From the IMG/VR virus record IMGVR_UViG_3300028175_000001: a stretch of 64,000 nucleotides of DNA; one strand, 5' to 3'. Under the pieces are notes generated by a model. The model was not told the origin of the DNA. It saw nothing but the letters and a program-made list of their open reading frames with translations, and did not search any database. Numbering within the stretch: position 1 is the stretch's first letter; every line of letters starts with the position of its first letter. This DNA is from a virus. Lineage: Duplodnaviria; Caudoviricetes. This document shows, piece by piece, positions 38,127-47,967 of this stretch. The translations under genes were made by a program, and so were the position numbers.

Positions 38127-38919
38127 AAATAAATTCCTGTGGAGGGTTATCTAAAAAACCAAAAGCCCACATTCTTTCTTCACACCACCAACATTTACCA
38201 CAATGAAACGTATAATTTCCTGATTCATAATCAGACCCCTCACAGCTTCTAGTGATCGGGAAAAGACTATATGTCAAATTATACTTATCATATAATTTTT
38301 TTATATCTTTTTTATTAATTTTAAAAAATGGATTTATATAATGAGCAAACCCACTCCATGATTCCAATGGCCTATCAGCAGATTCGTCTCTAACGTGTTC
38401 TTTATTTCTAGAAATTGTTTTGTCGTTTTTTGGGGGATTGCTTGTTATACCACTATATAATATATCAATATCTCCAGAACCAAAATTATCCATATCTCTC
38501 TCTTTAAATTCTTTTATTTCTCTCTGATATGGATCATTTATATCGGGATAATATACAATATGATCATTCATTTTAAAATCCAATGCTTCTTCAATAAAAT
38601 CTATAACATATCCAGCATATATCGGATTCCAACCCCTACCTCTCCTCACGGATAATGGTTGAAATTTTATATCAAGATTTTCATCTTTTATTTTTTTACA
38701 TAACATATATGCAAGAATTGAGCTGTCTGCACCCCCGGACATCCATTGTCCTATAGTTTTTGTAGTTTTTATGTCAAATTTTTCTTTGACATGATCTATT
38801 AAATGATTATTATTCTCTATCTCGTCAACATCATCAAAATATCCTATTTCAGTTAATTTTTTCATAACCGAAGAAGTATAACGCTTAACCGTTTTAGGTA
38901 TTGATAGTTCAATGTTCAT
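38119..38919 (-). CDS. QueC-like PP-loop ATP pyrophosphatase
   Basis: SGGADS PP-loop; TRSCE...HCGKCWWC.ER Zn motif. Confidence 0.75.
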   Translation of the reverse strand: MNIELSIPKTVKRYTSSVMKKLTEIGYFDDVDEIENNNHLIDHVKEKFDIKTTKTIGQWMSGGADSSILAYMLCKKIKDENLDIKFQPLSVRRGRGWNPIYAGYVIDFIEEALDFKMNDHIVYYPDINDPYQREIKEFKERDMDNFGSGDIDILYSGITSNPPKNDKTISRNKEHVRDESADRPLESWSGFAHYINPFFKINKKDIKKLYDKYNLTYSLFPITRSCEGSDYESGNYTFHCGKCWWCEERMWAFGFLDNPPQEFIYD

Positions 38920-39958
38920 TTATTATGTTCCAAATTTCAGGATTTACATCTTTGAAGTTTATTCCTTGATGCTTATCACATGTTAATAAAAAATCTTTTA
39001 TTTTTTTATATTCTAAATCAACTGCAACATTGCTATAAATTATATTATTAAAATCATTATTTTCAGTTAATTCTGTTATTCCCCAGTTTTTTCTATGCTC
39101 TAACGAGACTTGTTCAAGTCGTAAAAAATTTGGATTAAATAAAGGATTCATTCTACTTCGACCTCCATGATATTCATCTCCCCCCGCAAAATCATAAACT
39201 TCATTCATTTTATTCACGTTTAGAACTGATATTGTAGAATATATATGCACACAATTCCAATAAGAAATGTGTTTCTTAATATTTGCTTCAACATCATTCC
39301 AATTTGTACCAAATCGAATACATTCTGCTAGTGGACCAACAGCATCGATACTCACATCAACATGTACATCTGAAAATTTATCTAATTCCGTTAAAATCTT
39401 TTTATCAGGAAAAATACTTCCATTAGTATTAAATAAAATTTTTAACTTTTTTGGCAATTTACGTAAAAACCCCAATAGTCGTTTTGAAAAAAATGGCTCT
39501 CCACCCACAATTCTAACTTCTTTTAATTCGCTTAAATCACTATAATTTAAAAATTTTTCTTGAGCAGGTCCAAATGTTTTTCTATTTTTATCTTTATAGT
39601 AATGGTCTTTATCAAATCTAGACCAATCTTCATCCACAAAATCCCATTTAGAAGACAGTGCTGGTCTACAAATTCTACACATAAAATTACAAGTAAAATC
39701 AAGGGATATTTGCATTCCGTTTTTTATAGCGGTTTGTCTCATAGATTCATGTCCCTTTTTTTCATTAACTTCACATATCGAACATTCTGGAATCCATCCT
39801 TTTTTAAGTCGTTCTCTCGCATCAACCCATTCACTTTCGACATCACCAGTATAAATATTTGATTTCCATCCATGTGAAGCATCAAAAAGACAGCATGGTG
39901 TTACTCTACCATCCGGCGAACATATATCGATGTGTCCATCTAATCTATTACATTTCAT
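38909..39958 (-). CDS. Radical SAM enzyme with N-terminal Twitch domain (subtype B)
   Basis: C...GRVTPCC...CSIC; CNFMCRIC; GGEP; TNGS. Confidence 0.9.
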   Translation of the reverse strand: MKCNRLDGHIDICSPDGRVTPCCLFDASHGWKSNIYTGDVESEWVDARERLKKGWIPECSICEVNEKKGHESMRQTAIKNGMQISLDFTCNFMCRICRPALSSKWDFVDEDWSRFDKDHYYKDKNRKTFGPAQEKFLNYSDLSELKEVRIVGGEPFFSKRLLGFLRKLPKKLKILFNTNGSIFPDKKILTELDKFSDVHVDVSIDAVGPLAECIRFGTNWNDVEANIKKHISYWNCVHIYSTISVLNVNKMNEVYDFAGGDEYHGGRSRMNPLFNPNFLRLEQVSLEHRKNWGITELTENNDFNNIIYSNVAVDLEYKKIKDFLLTCDKHQGINFKDVNPEIWNIINEH

Positions 39959-40701
39959 AAAAAATTTGATTTGAATTGTGATGGGTTTGGAACTATTTTA
40001 TTAATAAAAAAATTCATTATTTGATCGGCTAATATTACATGATTTTCAAAAGATAAATGATTATTTCTTGTATCGTTTTCAAAAAAAATTACATCATTAT
40101 TTTCGACTTTTCTTTTTTCACAATAAGAAATTAAATTTAAGCACCTAGAAACTATATGCACATTATTCGGAACTTCTAATGTATAATTATAATTTCGAAA
40201 AGGATAACCATTACCCGACGACGGCCATATTAGAATTTTTTTATATTTTTTATGTTTTGTAAAAATAAAACTTACAAACAACACCTCTAAAATTCTATGC
40301 AATCCCGTTGAATAAAAAGACTCATAATCTTTAAAAATTTTATTTGATTGATCTGCTATTTCATCATCTATCATTTCAGGTAAATCAAAACTTTTTTTAT
40401 TCATCACACTATAAATCATACTAGCATCTGACATCTTTTCTTCAGATAAATATTCTAACCATAATCGATTCATATCAGGTAAACAGATCAACAAAAAATC
40501 GCTGAATTTTGTAAATCCCATAAATTTTTCTAAACACCATTGGGCACCAACACCATGTAACGAGGTGTTCTTTACTTCAAAATTATATTTTTTTTCTAAA
40601 AGTTCCATCCACGAATCTGAAACATCAACTTTTGATTTCGGGCACGAAAAACTATCACCTAAAATATCAATTGAATTCCCAATTGTCTTCATCGATTTCA
40701 T
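39955..40701 (-). CDS. SGNH/GDSL-hydrolase-like protein
   Basis: ILGDSF...W...G.G; NNHLSFENH. Confidence 0.6.
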   Translation of the reverse strand: MKSMKTIGNSIDILGDSFSCPKSKVDVSDSWMELLEKKYNFEVKNTSLHGVGAQWCLEKFMGFTKFSDFLLICLPDMNRLWLEYLSEEKMSDASMIYSVMNKKSFDLPEMIDDEIADQSNKIFKDYESFYSTGLHRILEVLFVSFIFTKHKKYKKILIWPSSGNGYPFRNYNYTLEVPNNVHIVSRCLNLISYCEKRKVENNDVIFFENDTRNNHLSFENHVILADQIMNFFINKIVPNPSQFKSNFL

Positions 40702-41611
40702 TTCTTTTACATTTGATATTACAAATTTCCATTAATTTTAAATTTTTCCAAAGTTTTGAAAAAACTTCACTCTTAATAATTTCATCAAAATCACTATATT
40801 TTAAATTATTTTCTAATAAATGATTAATCGTGTTTCCAAAAAAATTATAAAATTTTTGAATATAATAGGATGAACCCATCCAACAACAAGGCCAAACTGT
40901 TCCATTTACATCAATAAAAAATGATTTTTCCAATTCTTCATTGAAGTAAGTTGCTTTACATTTTATAAAATCATGTGATATATTTTTTTTCTTTACTTCC
41001 ACGACTTCATGATTCTCTCTTTCAGAATATTTTTCATTAAAAGCATAAAACTTTTCAATTTTTGATATTTTTTTTGCTTGAGATAATTGATGCTTATTAT
41101 GTTCAAATATTATAAATTGCCAAATAGCTTTGCCCCCATGACGTATGAATGTTTTATAATTATCTTCTAATTTTGACCAATTTACATTTTTTCTATAAAT
41201 ATGATTCGTATCTGATAACCCATCAATACCAAATACAACAACTGTATTATATTTCGCTAAGGTTTTCCAAAATTTTTTTGTTTTTGTACCACCATTTGTC
41301 GCAATCCAAATTTCTACATTTGGATATTTAAAATTAACATATTCACATATTAACAACAAATCAGGATTTAAAGTCGGTTCATCAATGTTTCCACAAAAAT
41401 GTATTTTTTGTAAATTCTTAAAGTCATGGTTAATCCATTTTTTAAAATCGGTTAAACTTATAAATTTATCATTCAATCGTCTAGAGTAGGGGTTTGTTAA
41501 GTCAACAGAATATTCATGTCTTTCACAAGAAGGGCATTTTGCATTGCAAAAAGAAGTAAGTTCTATTTGCAATCTAGTTATATCATTTAATGAAATTGGC
41601 CACTTAGACAT
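40667..41611 (-). CDS. Radical SAM / SPASM enzyme (subtype A)
   Basis: CNAKCPSC; FCGNIDEP; TNGG; WQFIIFEHN; VWPCC. Confidence 0.9.
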   Translation of the reverse strand: MSKWPISLNDITRLQIELTSFCNAKCPSCERHEYSVDLTNPYSRRLNDKFISLTDFKKWINHDFKNLQKIHFCGNIDEPTLNPDLLLICEYVNFKYPNVEIWIATNGGTKTKKFWKTLAKYNTVVVFGIDGLSDTNHIYRKNVNWSKLEDNYKTFIRHGGKAIWQFIIFEHNKHQLSQAKKISKIEKFYAFNEKYSERENHEVVEVKKKNISHDFIKCKATYFNEELEKSFFIDVNGTVWPCCWMGSSYYIQKFYNFFGNTINHLLENNLKYSDFDEIIKSEVFSKLWKNLKLMEICNIKCKRNEIDEDNWEFN

Positions 41612-42674
41612 ATTCTTTTAATTTTCTATAAACAAACAATGCTTCTTCAGGTGCTTTTTGAAATGTTTCAAGATACTGTGTGTAAATTATAAATTGTCTG
41701 CAATAGTCAACATTATAATCACTAGTGTTTAATATATTTTGAATAAAGTCATCAGTTGGCAATTCTTTTTTAATTTCATCAGGTAAATATTCTGGACTTA
41801 AATACTTAGGAGAAAAACAATTTGTTTTCCTCATTTTAATATCCAATGATGTTAAATATTTTTCTGTATCATCAACATTAAATATATTATAATTAGTCAT
41901 AACAAAATTTGAACACACTCCACTTGTTAAATCCCCATAAGTATATTGTTTATGGTCTTTCAATAAATGCTTCCACCTCAAAGCATTTTTTTCCCAAATA
42001 TCCATTTTCAAACCCAATCTAACCCACTCGCCAACAGGACCAATTCCATCAATACTCACCATGATCATAACTCTTTTCAATTTCTTAATAAAATTCGACC
42101 ATGAATTATGTACAAATTTTGTACAATTTGTATTCATCGAAAAAAACAATACATCATAATTTACATGTTGATCCAACATTTTAAAAAATTCAGGCGAAAA
42201 TTCTCTTTGAATTGTAGGTTCACCGCCTGTAAAAGACAAGTGTTTTAATTTACTAAAATCTACATTATCATAATTAGGTTTTATTTTATCGATCTTACCT
42301 TCACGATTTTCCCAAACAGTGCTTGATTCTGGTTTACATGTAACACAAGCAAAATTGCACTTATTACTAAAAGAAAGTTCCAAACCCTCAAGAAAAAAAT
42401 CTTCACGATATGAATGTTCTTGATTGATAACTTGTCTTTGCGAAAGTTCTCCTACCGAATCATAATAATAGCAAGATCCACATTCTTCAATATAATCTCT
42501 ATTCAACATGCGTTCACGTAGAAGATTCATTTCTTCTCCCATAAAAGCATCTATGACATTTGTATATCGTTTTCTAATAGGGGAATGATAGCAACATGTC
42601 CGATAAGTTCCATCAGGACCACCGGTCATTCTGCTAAATGGCGCCATGCAAAATGTGGTCATAAGAATCGACAT
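41604..42674 (-). CDS. Radical SAM enzyme with N-terminal Twitch domain (subtype B)
   Basis: FCMAPFSRMT...TCC...CGSC; CNFACVTC; TGGEP. Confidence 0.9.
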   Translation of the reverse strand: MSILMTTFCMAPFSRMTGGPDGTYRTCCYHSPIRKRYTNVIDAFMGEEMNLLRERMLNRDYIEECGSCYYYDSVGELSQRQVINQEHSYREDFFLEGLELSFSNKCNFACVTCKPESSTVWENREGKIDKIKPNYDNVDFSKLKHLSFTGGEPTIQREFSPEFFKMLDQHVNYDVLFFSMNTNCTKFVHNSWSNFIKKLKRVMIMVSIDGIGPVGEWVRLGLKMDIWEKNALRWKHLLKDHKQYTYGDLTSGVCSNFVMTNYNIFNVDDTEKYLTSLDIKMRKTNCFSPKYLSPEYLPDEIKKELPTDDFIQNILNTSDYNVDYCRQFIIYTQYLETFQKAPEEALFVYRKLKEYV

Positions 42675-43407
42675 TAAGTGCTATGAAAAATTGATACACG
42701 TCATCTTTAAATGCGAAAGCATCGTGCCATTTCAAAGTGTTTATTAAATACAACCTACCAGGTTCAATATTTATCTCTGATCTGTATATCTCATGTTCTT
42801 GTTTAGTTTCATTCCACATACAAAAACCATCAGTTGTATCTTCTGTTTTAAATCGTAAATATACACCATCTGGATTAGTTGTTCCCCATAACCTCAACCA
42901 GCGAACAGGGTGCCATGTGTCATAATGGGGTTTAAAATTCGCTCTCGTATCCCATTTTAAAATACAGCTTCTGATCATATATTTTTTTATATCATTCAAT
43001 GGATCAAGTGAAGGCATATTAAGTACAGGGGTAGGTTCTGTAAAATCAACCTCTAAGTCTAATTTATCAACATTAACATTATTTTGTATGTCTTTATAGA
43101 AGTTAGTGAATTCTTCTGAGGTATCATTATATCCTAAATTTACAAAATTCCATCTATCGAGCGGCCAACACGCAGGTTCAGGAACATTATCTAATCTACC
43201 ATTTTTATTAACTAACGGCAACCCAAATCTTGGCAAATCTGTAAATTTATCACCCCATTGTTTAAAAAACGAATCATATTGATGTATGTCATTTAAAAAA
43301 GATTCAACATCTATGCGCATATTTAAGGGAACTAAATTTTGACTATGCAATTCATTATATTTTTTTTCAGAAATAAAGGTCATAATATGCCTTTTTAGCA
43401 GATGCAC
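42634..43407 (-). CDS. Cupin / 2OG-Fe(II) oxygenase-like protein (Asp/Asn hydroxylase-like)
   Basis: FKPHYD...GRLYLINTLKWHDA. Confidence 0.55.
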   Translation of the reverse strand: MHLLKRHIMTFISEKKYNELHSQNLVPLNMRIDVESFLNDIHQYDSFFKQWGDKFTDLPRFGLPLVNKNGRLDNVPEPACWPLDRWNFVNLGYNDTSEEFTNFYKDIQNNVNVDKLDLEVDFTEPTPVLNMPSLDPLNDIKKYMIRSCILKWDTRANFKPHYDTWHPVRWLRLWGTTNPDGVYLRFKTEDTTDGFCMWNETKQEHEIYRSEINIEPGRLYLINTLKWHDAFAFKDDVYQFFIALNVDSYDHILHGAI

Positions 43408-43849
43408 TAAATGGATCTAAACTCAAATTACATAAATGTTTAGATAATTCAAAACCCCTAAAAACACTTTCCCAAAAAGTATCATAAGGAAGCGGTGTAT
43501 CGAAATTACTTATTTCCCAGCAAGATTTTTGAAATGAAATAGGAAAACAGGGCACTTCGTCAGAGTCTTCTTTCAATTCCGAATTTTTAACCTTATAAAA
43601 ATAATCAATCCGCTTGCTTAACCACTCTGAAAATAATTCATTTGTCGGTAGAGTGGCAGACAATAACATACCCCTTTTATCATTTAACAGTGTCAATTTT
43701 CTATATACACCATAATCAGAGGCTATCTGCAAAATAACTTTTTGATAATTGTGAGGTATAAACCCATCATGATCTATACAAAAATCTATTGTATTGTTCC
43801 AAATTTTGTCAGGATATTTTTTACTTCGTATTTCAAATTGAAATTTCAT
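43367..43849 (-). CDS. Hypothetical protein (N-terminal WNN motif family)
   Basis: Coupled ORF; FEI...KIWNN. Confidence 0.65.
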   Translation of the reverse strand: MKFQFEIRSKKYPDKIWNNTIDFCIDHDGFIPHNYQKVILQIASDYGVYRKLTLLNDKRGMLLSATLPTNELFSEWLSKRIDYFYKVKNSELKEDSDEVPCFPISFQKSCWEISNFDTPLPYDTFWESVFRGFELSKHLCNLSLDPFSASAKKAYYDLYF

Positions 43850-44474
43850 TGCTCATCACCAATTTAACTTTCCAATCAACGGGAAATGGTTCGTTATAAA
43901 ACTCAGTAACGAAATTATTGGCCCAACACGCTAAATCGGGACTCCAATGATCCATTACATCAACTGAGTTAGTTGCCCAAGTATTAAAGAAATCGTGTTT
44001 AATATAAGTTTCCATTGTACGGCCATTCCAAAAATTATCATTAGTTATTTGACCACCAGTCATTATGTCAACAAACTCTCCAGTATCATATATCGGATGA
44101 AGAAAAGACGAAACATCCGTTCCAAAAACATTATGAACATGTATATGAGGAAAATTCCACTTACCACACATAAATTTTTTATGTTCTTCTTGTATCCATT
44201 GCAATAACCATCTATAGGCTTCATCCTCCGTATTGAAACACAACACATGATTCACATAAATCCCATCTGACCATATCAAAAATACAGGTAATGGCCAAAT
44301 ACCCTCGCCCTCTTTAAATTTATTTTGTGTATTTACAATTTCTCTACAGCAAGGATTTCTTGTACAGCCATCACGATATTTGTCAATAACAATATGCCTC
44401 TCGGCAGAATATAATTCTTTTGAATTAGACCAAACACGTTTTTCAACATTTAATCTTAAATTATATGCATACAT
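43833..44474 (-). CDS. Hypothetical protein (N-terminal WSN motif family)
   Basis: Coupled ORF; LRL...RVWSN. Confidence 0.65.
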   Translation of the reverse strand: MYAYNLRLNVEKRVWSNSKELYSAERHIVIDKYRDGCTRNPCCREIVNTQNKFKEGEGIWPLPVFLIWSDGIYVNHVLCFNTEDEAYRWLLQWIQEEHKKFMCGKWNFPHIHVHNVFGTDVSSFLHPIYDTGEFVDIMTGGQITNDNFWNGRTMETYIKHDFFNTWATNSVDVMDHWSPDLACWANNFVTEFYNEPFPVDWKVKLVMSNEISI

Positions 44475-45598
44475 TTATTATAAATGGTTAAAGATTCTTC
44501 AGGAATTTCATCTAAAATCATCAAATATTTCGTATATTCTATAAATTCCTTTATTCTGGTACTATTGTATATATTCGAATTAAATATTTTTTCTACAAAT
44601 TCTCTATGAGTATCATTATAAAAAGGCATTTGCAATATATCATCTTTTACATTATCAGGTAAATACGCAACATTTAATTTTTCGGGAGAATAACAATTTC
44701 TTAAATCAAGAATAATATCATTTTCATCTGCCCATTTCATTGAATCATAAATGTTAAGAATATTGTAAGTTTGTACAACAAACATTATTCTTAAGCCTGT
44801 AAGATGAGGAGGCCTTAACTTATAATCAGGGTTTCCATTTCTTTCAAATTTGCTCTGATCAAACCAGGTCTTCCATTTTTTCAAATTAACACCAAACCTT
44901 TTCATAGTTAAACCTTTTCGGCAAAATTCTCCAACCTCGCCTATTCCATCTAAACTCAAATATATTAAAACATTATCACATCTATCAATAAAATTAAAAA
45001 ATTCTGATTTGGGAAATACAGAATTATTAGTAGCCATAGTGAAGAATTTTGTTTTCCTGTCTTTAAAAAAATCGCCGGAATACTCTTTCATAATCATCGG
45101 TTCACCCCCCGATATAGTAATAAGATCTAAATCATCAAGACCGTCAAGAAGATATATTTTTTGGGGTTTATCATCTATTATTTGTAAAGGCTCTTTTTCC
45201 CACATACTGCTGGCGCTTGAATTGCAAATAGTACATCTAAAATTGCATTTATTCGATGGATAAATTTCAATTTCTGTTAGTTTAGAAACAGGTGACGTAT
45301 CATGACAAGAATTAATACTCTGGCGGAGACTCATTAAACCTAAAGACTCTAGATGATAACAATATCGACATCCATCTAAAAATTTCCCGGTCAACATTTT
45401 TTGGCGAAGAGATTTCATTTCTTCGCCATCAAAGGCCGCTAATAAATTATCATATTTGTCTTTGGGAATAAAAATTTGTTTTTCGGAACACGTTCCATCA
45501 CCAGTTGTTTCATTATAATGAGTACATGTATTGAGATTACCATTCCACCATTGAGTCATTCTTACGAATGGACTCATACAAAAAGTATTTGAATCCAT
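44456..45598 (-). CDS. Radical SAM enzyme with N-terminal Twitch domain (subtype B)
   Basis: FCMSPFVRMT...TC...CRYC; CNFRCTIC; SGGEP. Confidence 0.9.
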   Translation of the reverse strand: MDSNTFCMSPFVRMTQWWNGNLNTCTHYNETTGDGTCSEKQIFIPKDKYDNLLAAFDGEEMKSLRQKMLTGKFLDGCRYCYHLESLGLMSLRQSINSCHDTSPVSKLTEIEIYPSNKCNFRCTICNSSASSMWEKEPLQIIDDKPQKIYLLDGLDDLDLITISGGEPMIMKEYSGDFFKDRKTKFFTMATNNSVFPKSEFFNFIDRCDNVLIYLSLDGIGEVGEFCRKGLTMKRFGVNLKKWKTWFDQSKFERNGNPDYKLRPPHLTGLRIMFVVQTYNILNIYDSMKWADENDIILDLRNCYSPEKLNVAYLPDNVKDDILQMPFYNDTHREFVEKIFNSNIYNSTRIKEFIEYTKYLMILDEIPEESLTIYNKCMHII

Positions 45599-46341
45599 TA
45601 TTCTAAGGACGTGTCATTTTCCATTATGAAAGTATTTTCGATTGCCCAATCAGAAACATTATTAACATCACTCAAATAGTCATATACATAAGAACTTATC
45701 AAAGACCAATTCTTTTTATTATCAACATTAAAACAATGATGTATTTCACTCTCACCGAACGATTCTTTATCTTGACAATTACAAACCATCTTTCTTGGAT
45801 TAGAAATATTATCATAACTACTATCCAATTCAGCTAGATCGGCATATGTTATGTCATTTTTACTAGGAGCATCTTCCCCAAAAAGAGAAGTGTTATAGAA
45901 GTCATCTAATGGCGGGGAATAAAAATTAACTGGTCCATATTCTGCCCAAAACACTGAATATAGTCTTTTTAAAAGAATATCAGCATTAAAAACTTCCCTA
46001 CTTCTCATTGAAACATCAGTAGACCAAGATAAATTATATTGATGAAACATTGTAAAATACAATTCTTTCGTTTGATCATTCATATTTAACAAATCAAACG
46101 AAACGCCCTCATAAAACATTAAACAATTTATTTTAGTATTATCAGCAAAACAAAATAACCCAAGAGTCCCATTAAGATTAAATCCCTCTTCGTCAAGTTG
46201 CGTTGTTAAAAAGGGGGGGTATACATCATAATCAACTGACGGCTGATTATTAGATTCAAGCAACGTTAAATATTCATCCGCATTATTCCATGTCCGAGAA
46301 TCATCAGGTAAGTGAGTCAATTCAAATAAAATGCATTTCAT
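45598..46341 (-). CDS. Acidic hypothetical protein (N-terminal WNN motif family)
   Basis: Coupled ORF; FEL...RTWNN. Confidence 0.65.
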   Translation of the reverse strand: MKCILFELTHLPDDSRTWNNADEYLTLLESNNQPSVDYDVYPPFLTTQLDEEGFNLNGTLGLFCFADNTKINCLMFYEGVSFDLLNMNDQTKELYFTMFHQYNLSWSTDVSMRSREVFNADILLKRLYSVFWAEYGPVNFYSPPLDDFYNTSLFGEDAPSKNDITYADLAELDSSYDNISNPRKMVCNCQDKESFGESEIHHCFNVDNKKNWSLISSYVYDYLSDVNNVSDWAIENTFIMENDTSLE

Positions 46342-46342
46342 A

Positions 46343-47443
46343 TTATCCTTTCTGTGTTAAAAAGCTTGAACATTCTTTTGGAACTTTTACAAATGTATTT
46401 AGGTATTTAGTATATTGTAAAAATTTCGCATGAATTAATTCAGATTCATCATTTTTTTCTAAAACATCCAAAACGAATTTTTTATGATTTTGATCATAAA
46501 ATTCTGATTCGATTATTTCTTTCTTATATTTATTAGGCAAATATGCAGGACACAAATAGTCTGGTTCAAACGCAGTTGTTAACATCACACGATCTCTCAT
46601 ATTAAATGCATTTACATATCTAAGAGTATCGGTTAAATTAAAAACATTATAGTTGCTTAATACAAAATTTATCCAAGGACCATCATGTCTTGAAGTTTTA
46701 TCATAAGTTCTGTTTGAAAAAAACTCTAACCATTTTAAAAAATTTTTACGCCATACTCTTTCTTTCCATCCCAACCGACAAAATTCTCCAACCTCACCAA
46801 CACCATCCAACGAAATACCTATGCAAACATGTTTTAATCCTGATAAAAATTCCATCCATCGTTCATTTGGATACGATGAACAATTGGTAATCATTTGAAA
46901 CCACGTATCATTATTGGTTTTACTCTCTATCAAATCCCAAAATTCATCTGTATAATACGGTTCTAAAGTTGGCTCGCCCCCCATTATCGTTAGTTGTATT
47001 AAATTATCAACACCATCCAACTCTATTGGTAATTTGTGTAAAATTTGACTATCAATAAATCTAAATTCTTTATTTCTAGACTCCCAACCCGAAGATGCAG
47101 ATTCGTTACATGTTACGCATATAAAATTACATTTATTTGAAGCCGCAAAATCAAGCTCCCTCAACAAAGTAGATGGTGGGGGATCTGGATATCTTTCATT
47201 TATATCTTGTCGGCAAGAATATTGATTTGAATCATCATAAAAATAACACCATTCACACTCTGTTCTTCGTTTTCCTTCTAACATTTCTTGACGAATAACT
47301 TCCATTTCGTCACTTAAAAATGCATTTTGTATAGTTTTATAATTATTTTTTAATGGAGGATGATAAACACATGTTCTTAAATCACCATTTGGTGATCTTG
47401 TCATTCTTGTAAACGGTGATGCACAAAAATATTTGGTATTCAT
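46343..47443 (-). CDS. Radical SAM enzyme with N-terminal Twitch domain (subtype B)
   Basis: FCASPFTRMT...TC...CEWC; CNFICVTC; MGGEP. Confidence 0.9.
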   Translation of the reverse strand: MNTKYFCASPFTRMTRSPNGDLRTCVYHPPLKNNYKTIQNAFLSDEMEVIRQEMLEGKRRTECEWCYFYDDSNQYSCRQDINERYPDPPPSTLLRELDFAASNKCNFICVTCNESASSGWESRNKEFRFIDSQILHKLPIELDGVDNLIQLTIMGGEPTLEPYYTDEFWDLIESKTNNDTWFQMITNCSSYPNERWMEFLSGLKHVCIGISLDGVGEVGEFCRLGWKERVWRKNFLKWLEFFSNRTYDKTSRHDGPWINFVLSNYNVFNLTDTLRYVNAFNMRDRVMLTTAFEPDYLCPAYLPNKYKKEIIESEFYDQNHKKFVLDVLEKNDESELIHAKFLQYTKYLNTFVKVPKECSSFLTQKG

Positions 47444-47967
47444 TCAAAAACCAAATCTAATTTTATTTTCCATTTTTCAGTCATTATTTTACAATTTACA
47501 ATATCAATATCCCAAATTATTTGGTTTTCTCCATAAATCGATATAACCTCCCTATAGGTCATCCAACCTTTATTACTTTTTTTCATAATATTAGATATTC
47601 TCGAATCAGCATTTGTAGTAATTACAATATTTTTAGTGTTATCAATTTCTTGACAATGATCAATAGATAAGCCAGCCATCACATTTGAAAAAAATCGTTC
47701 TTCAATCGTTGGACCCCAACATCTTGGGCTATATTTTGTTGTTATTGCTCTTGTTAAAATTCTATAAGTATTTGGTACAAATTCACTAATATCATCTATT
47801 CCCGATAACATGGCTAATTTATCATTTTTAAAAAATAAAAAACATTTAAGCATTTTTTCAATATTTAAATATTTAATATCATAATTTAATTTTCGTTTTT
47901 TCCAATCTAATATAAATTTTTGCAATAATTTTAAATCTGTATATCTAAAATCTCTAACAATTATCAT
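47440..47967 (-). CDS. Hypothetical protein, possibly GNAT-fold acyltransferase
   Basis: Size and strand pattern (LAMLSGI...YRILTR); follows an adenylate-forming enzyme. Confidence 0.4.
   Translation of the reverse strand: MIIVRDFRYTDLKLLQKFILDWKKRKLNYDIKYLNIEKMLKCFLFFKNDKLAMLSGIDDISEFVPNTYRILTRAITTKYSPRCWGPTIEERFFSNVMAGLSIDHCQEIDNTKNIVITTNADSRISNIMKKSNKGWMTYREVISIYGENQIIWDIDIVNCKIMTEKWKIKLDLVFE

Noticed and set aside
26814-38919. 7-deazaguanine DNA-modification pathway (QueC-like plus QueE-like rSAM)
   Set aside because: No FolE, QueD or DpdA recognised in the window, and the rSAMs carry SPASM/Twitch-type extensions rather than QueE features; cannot be excluded genome-wide.
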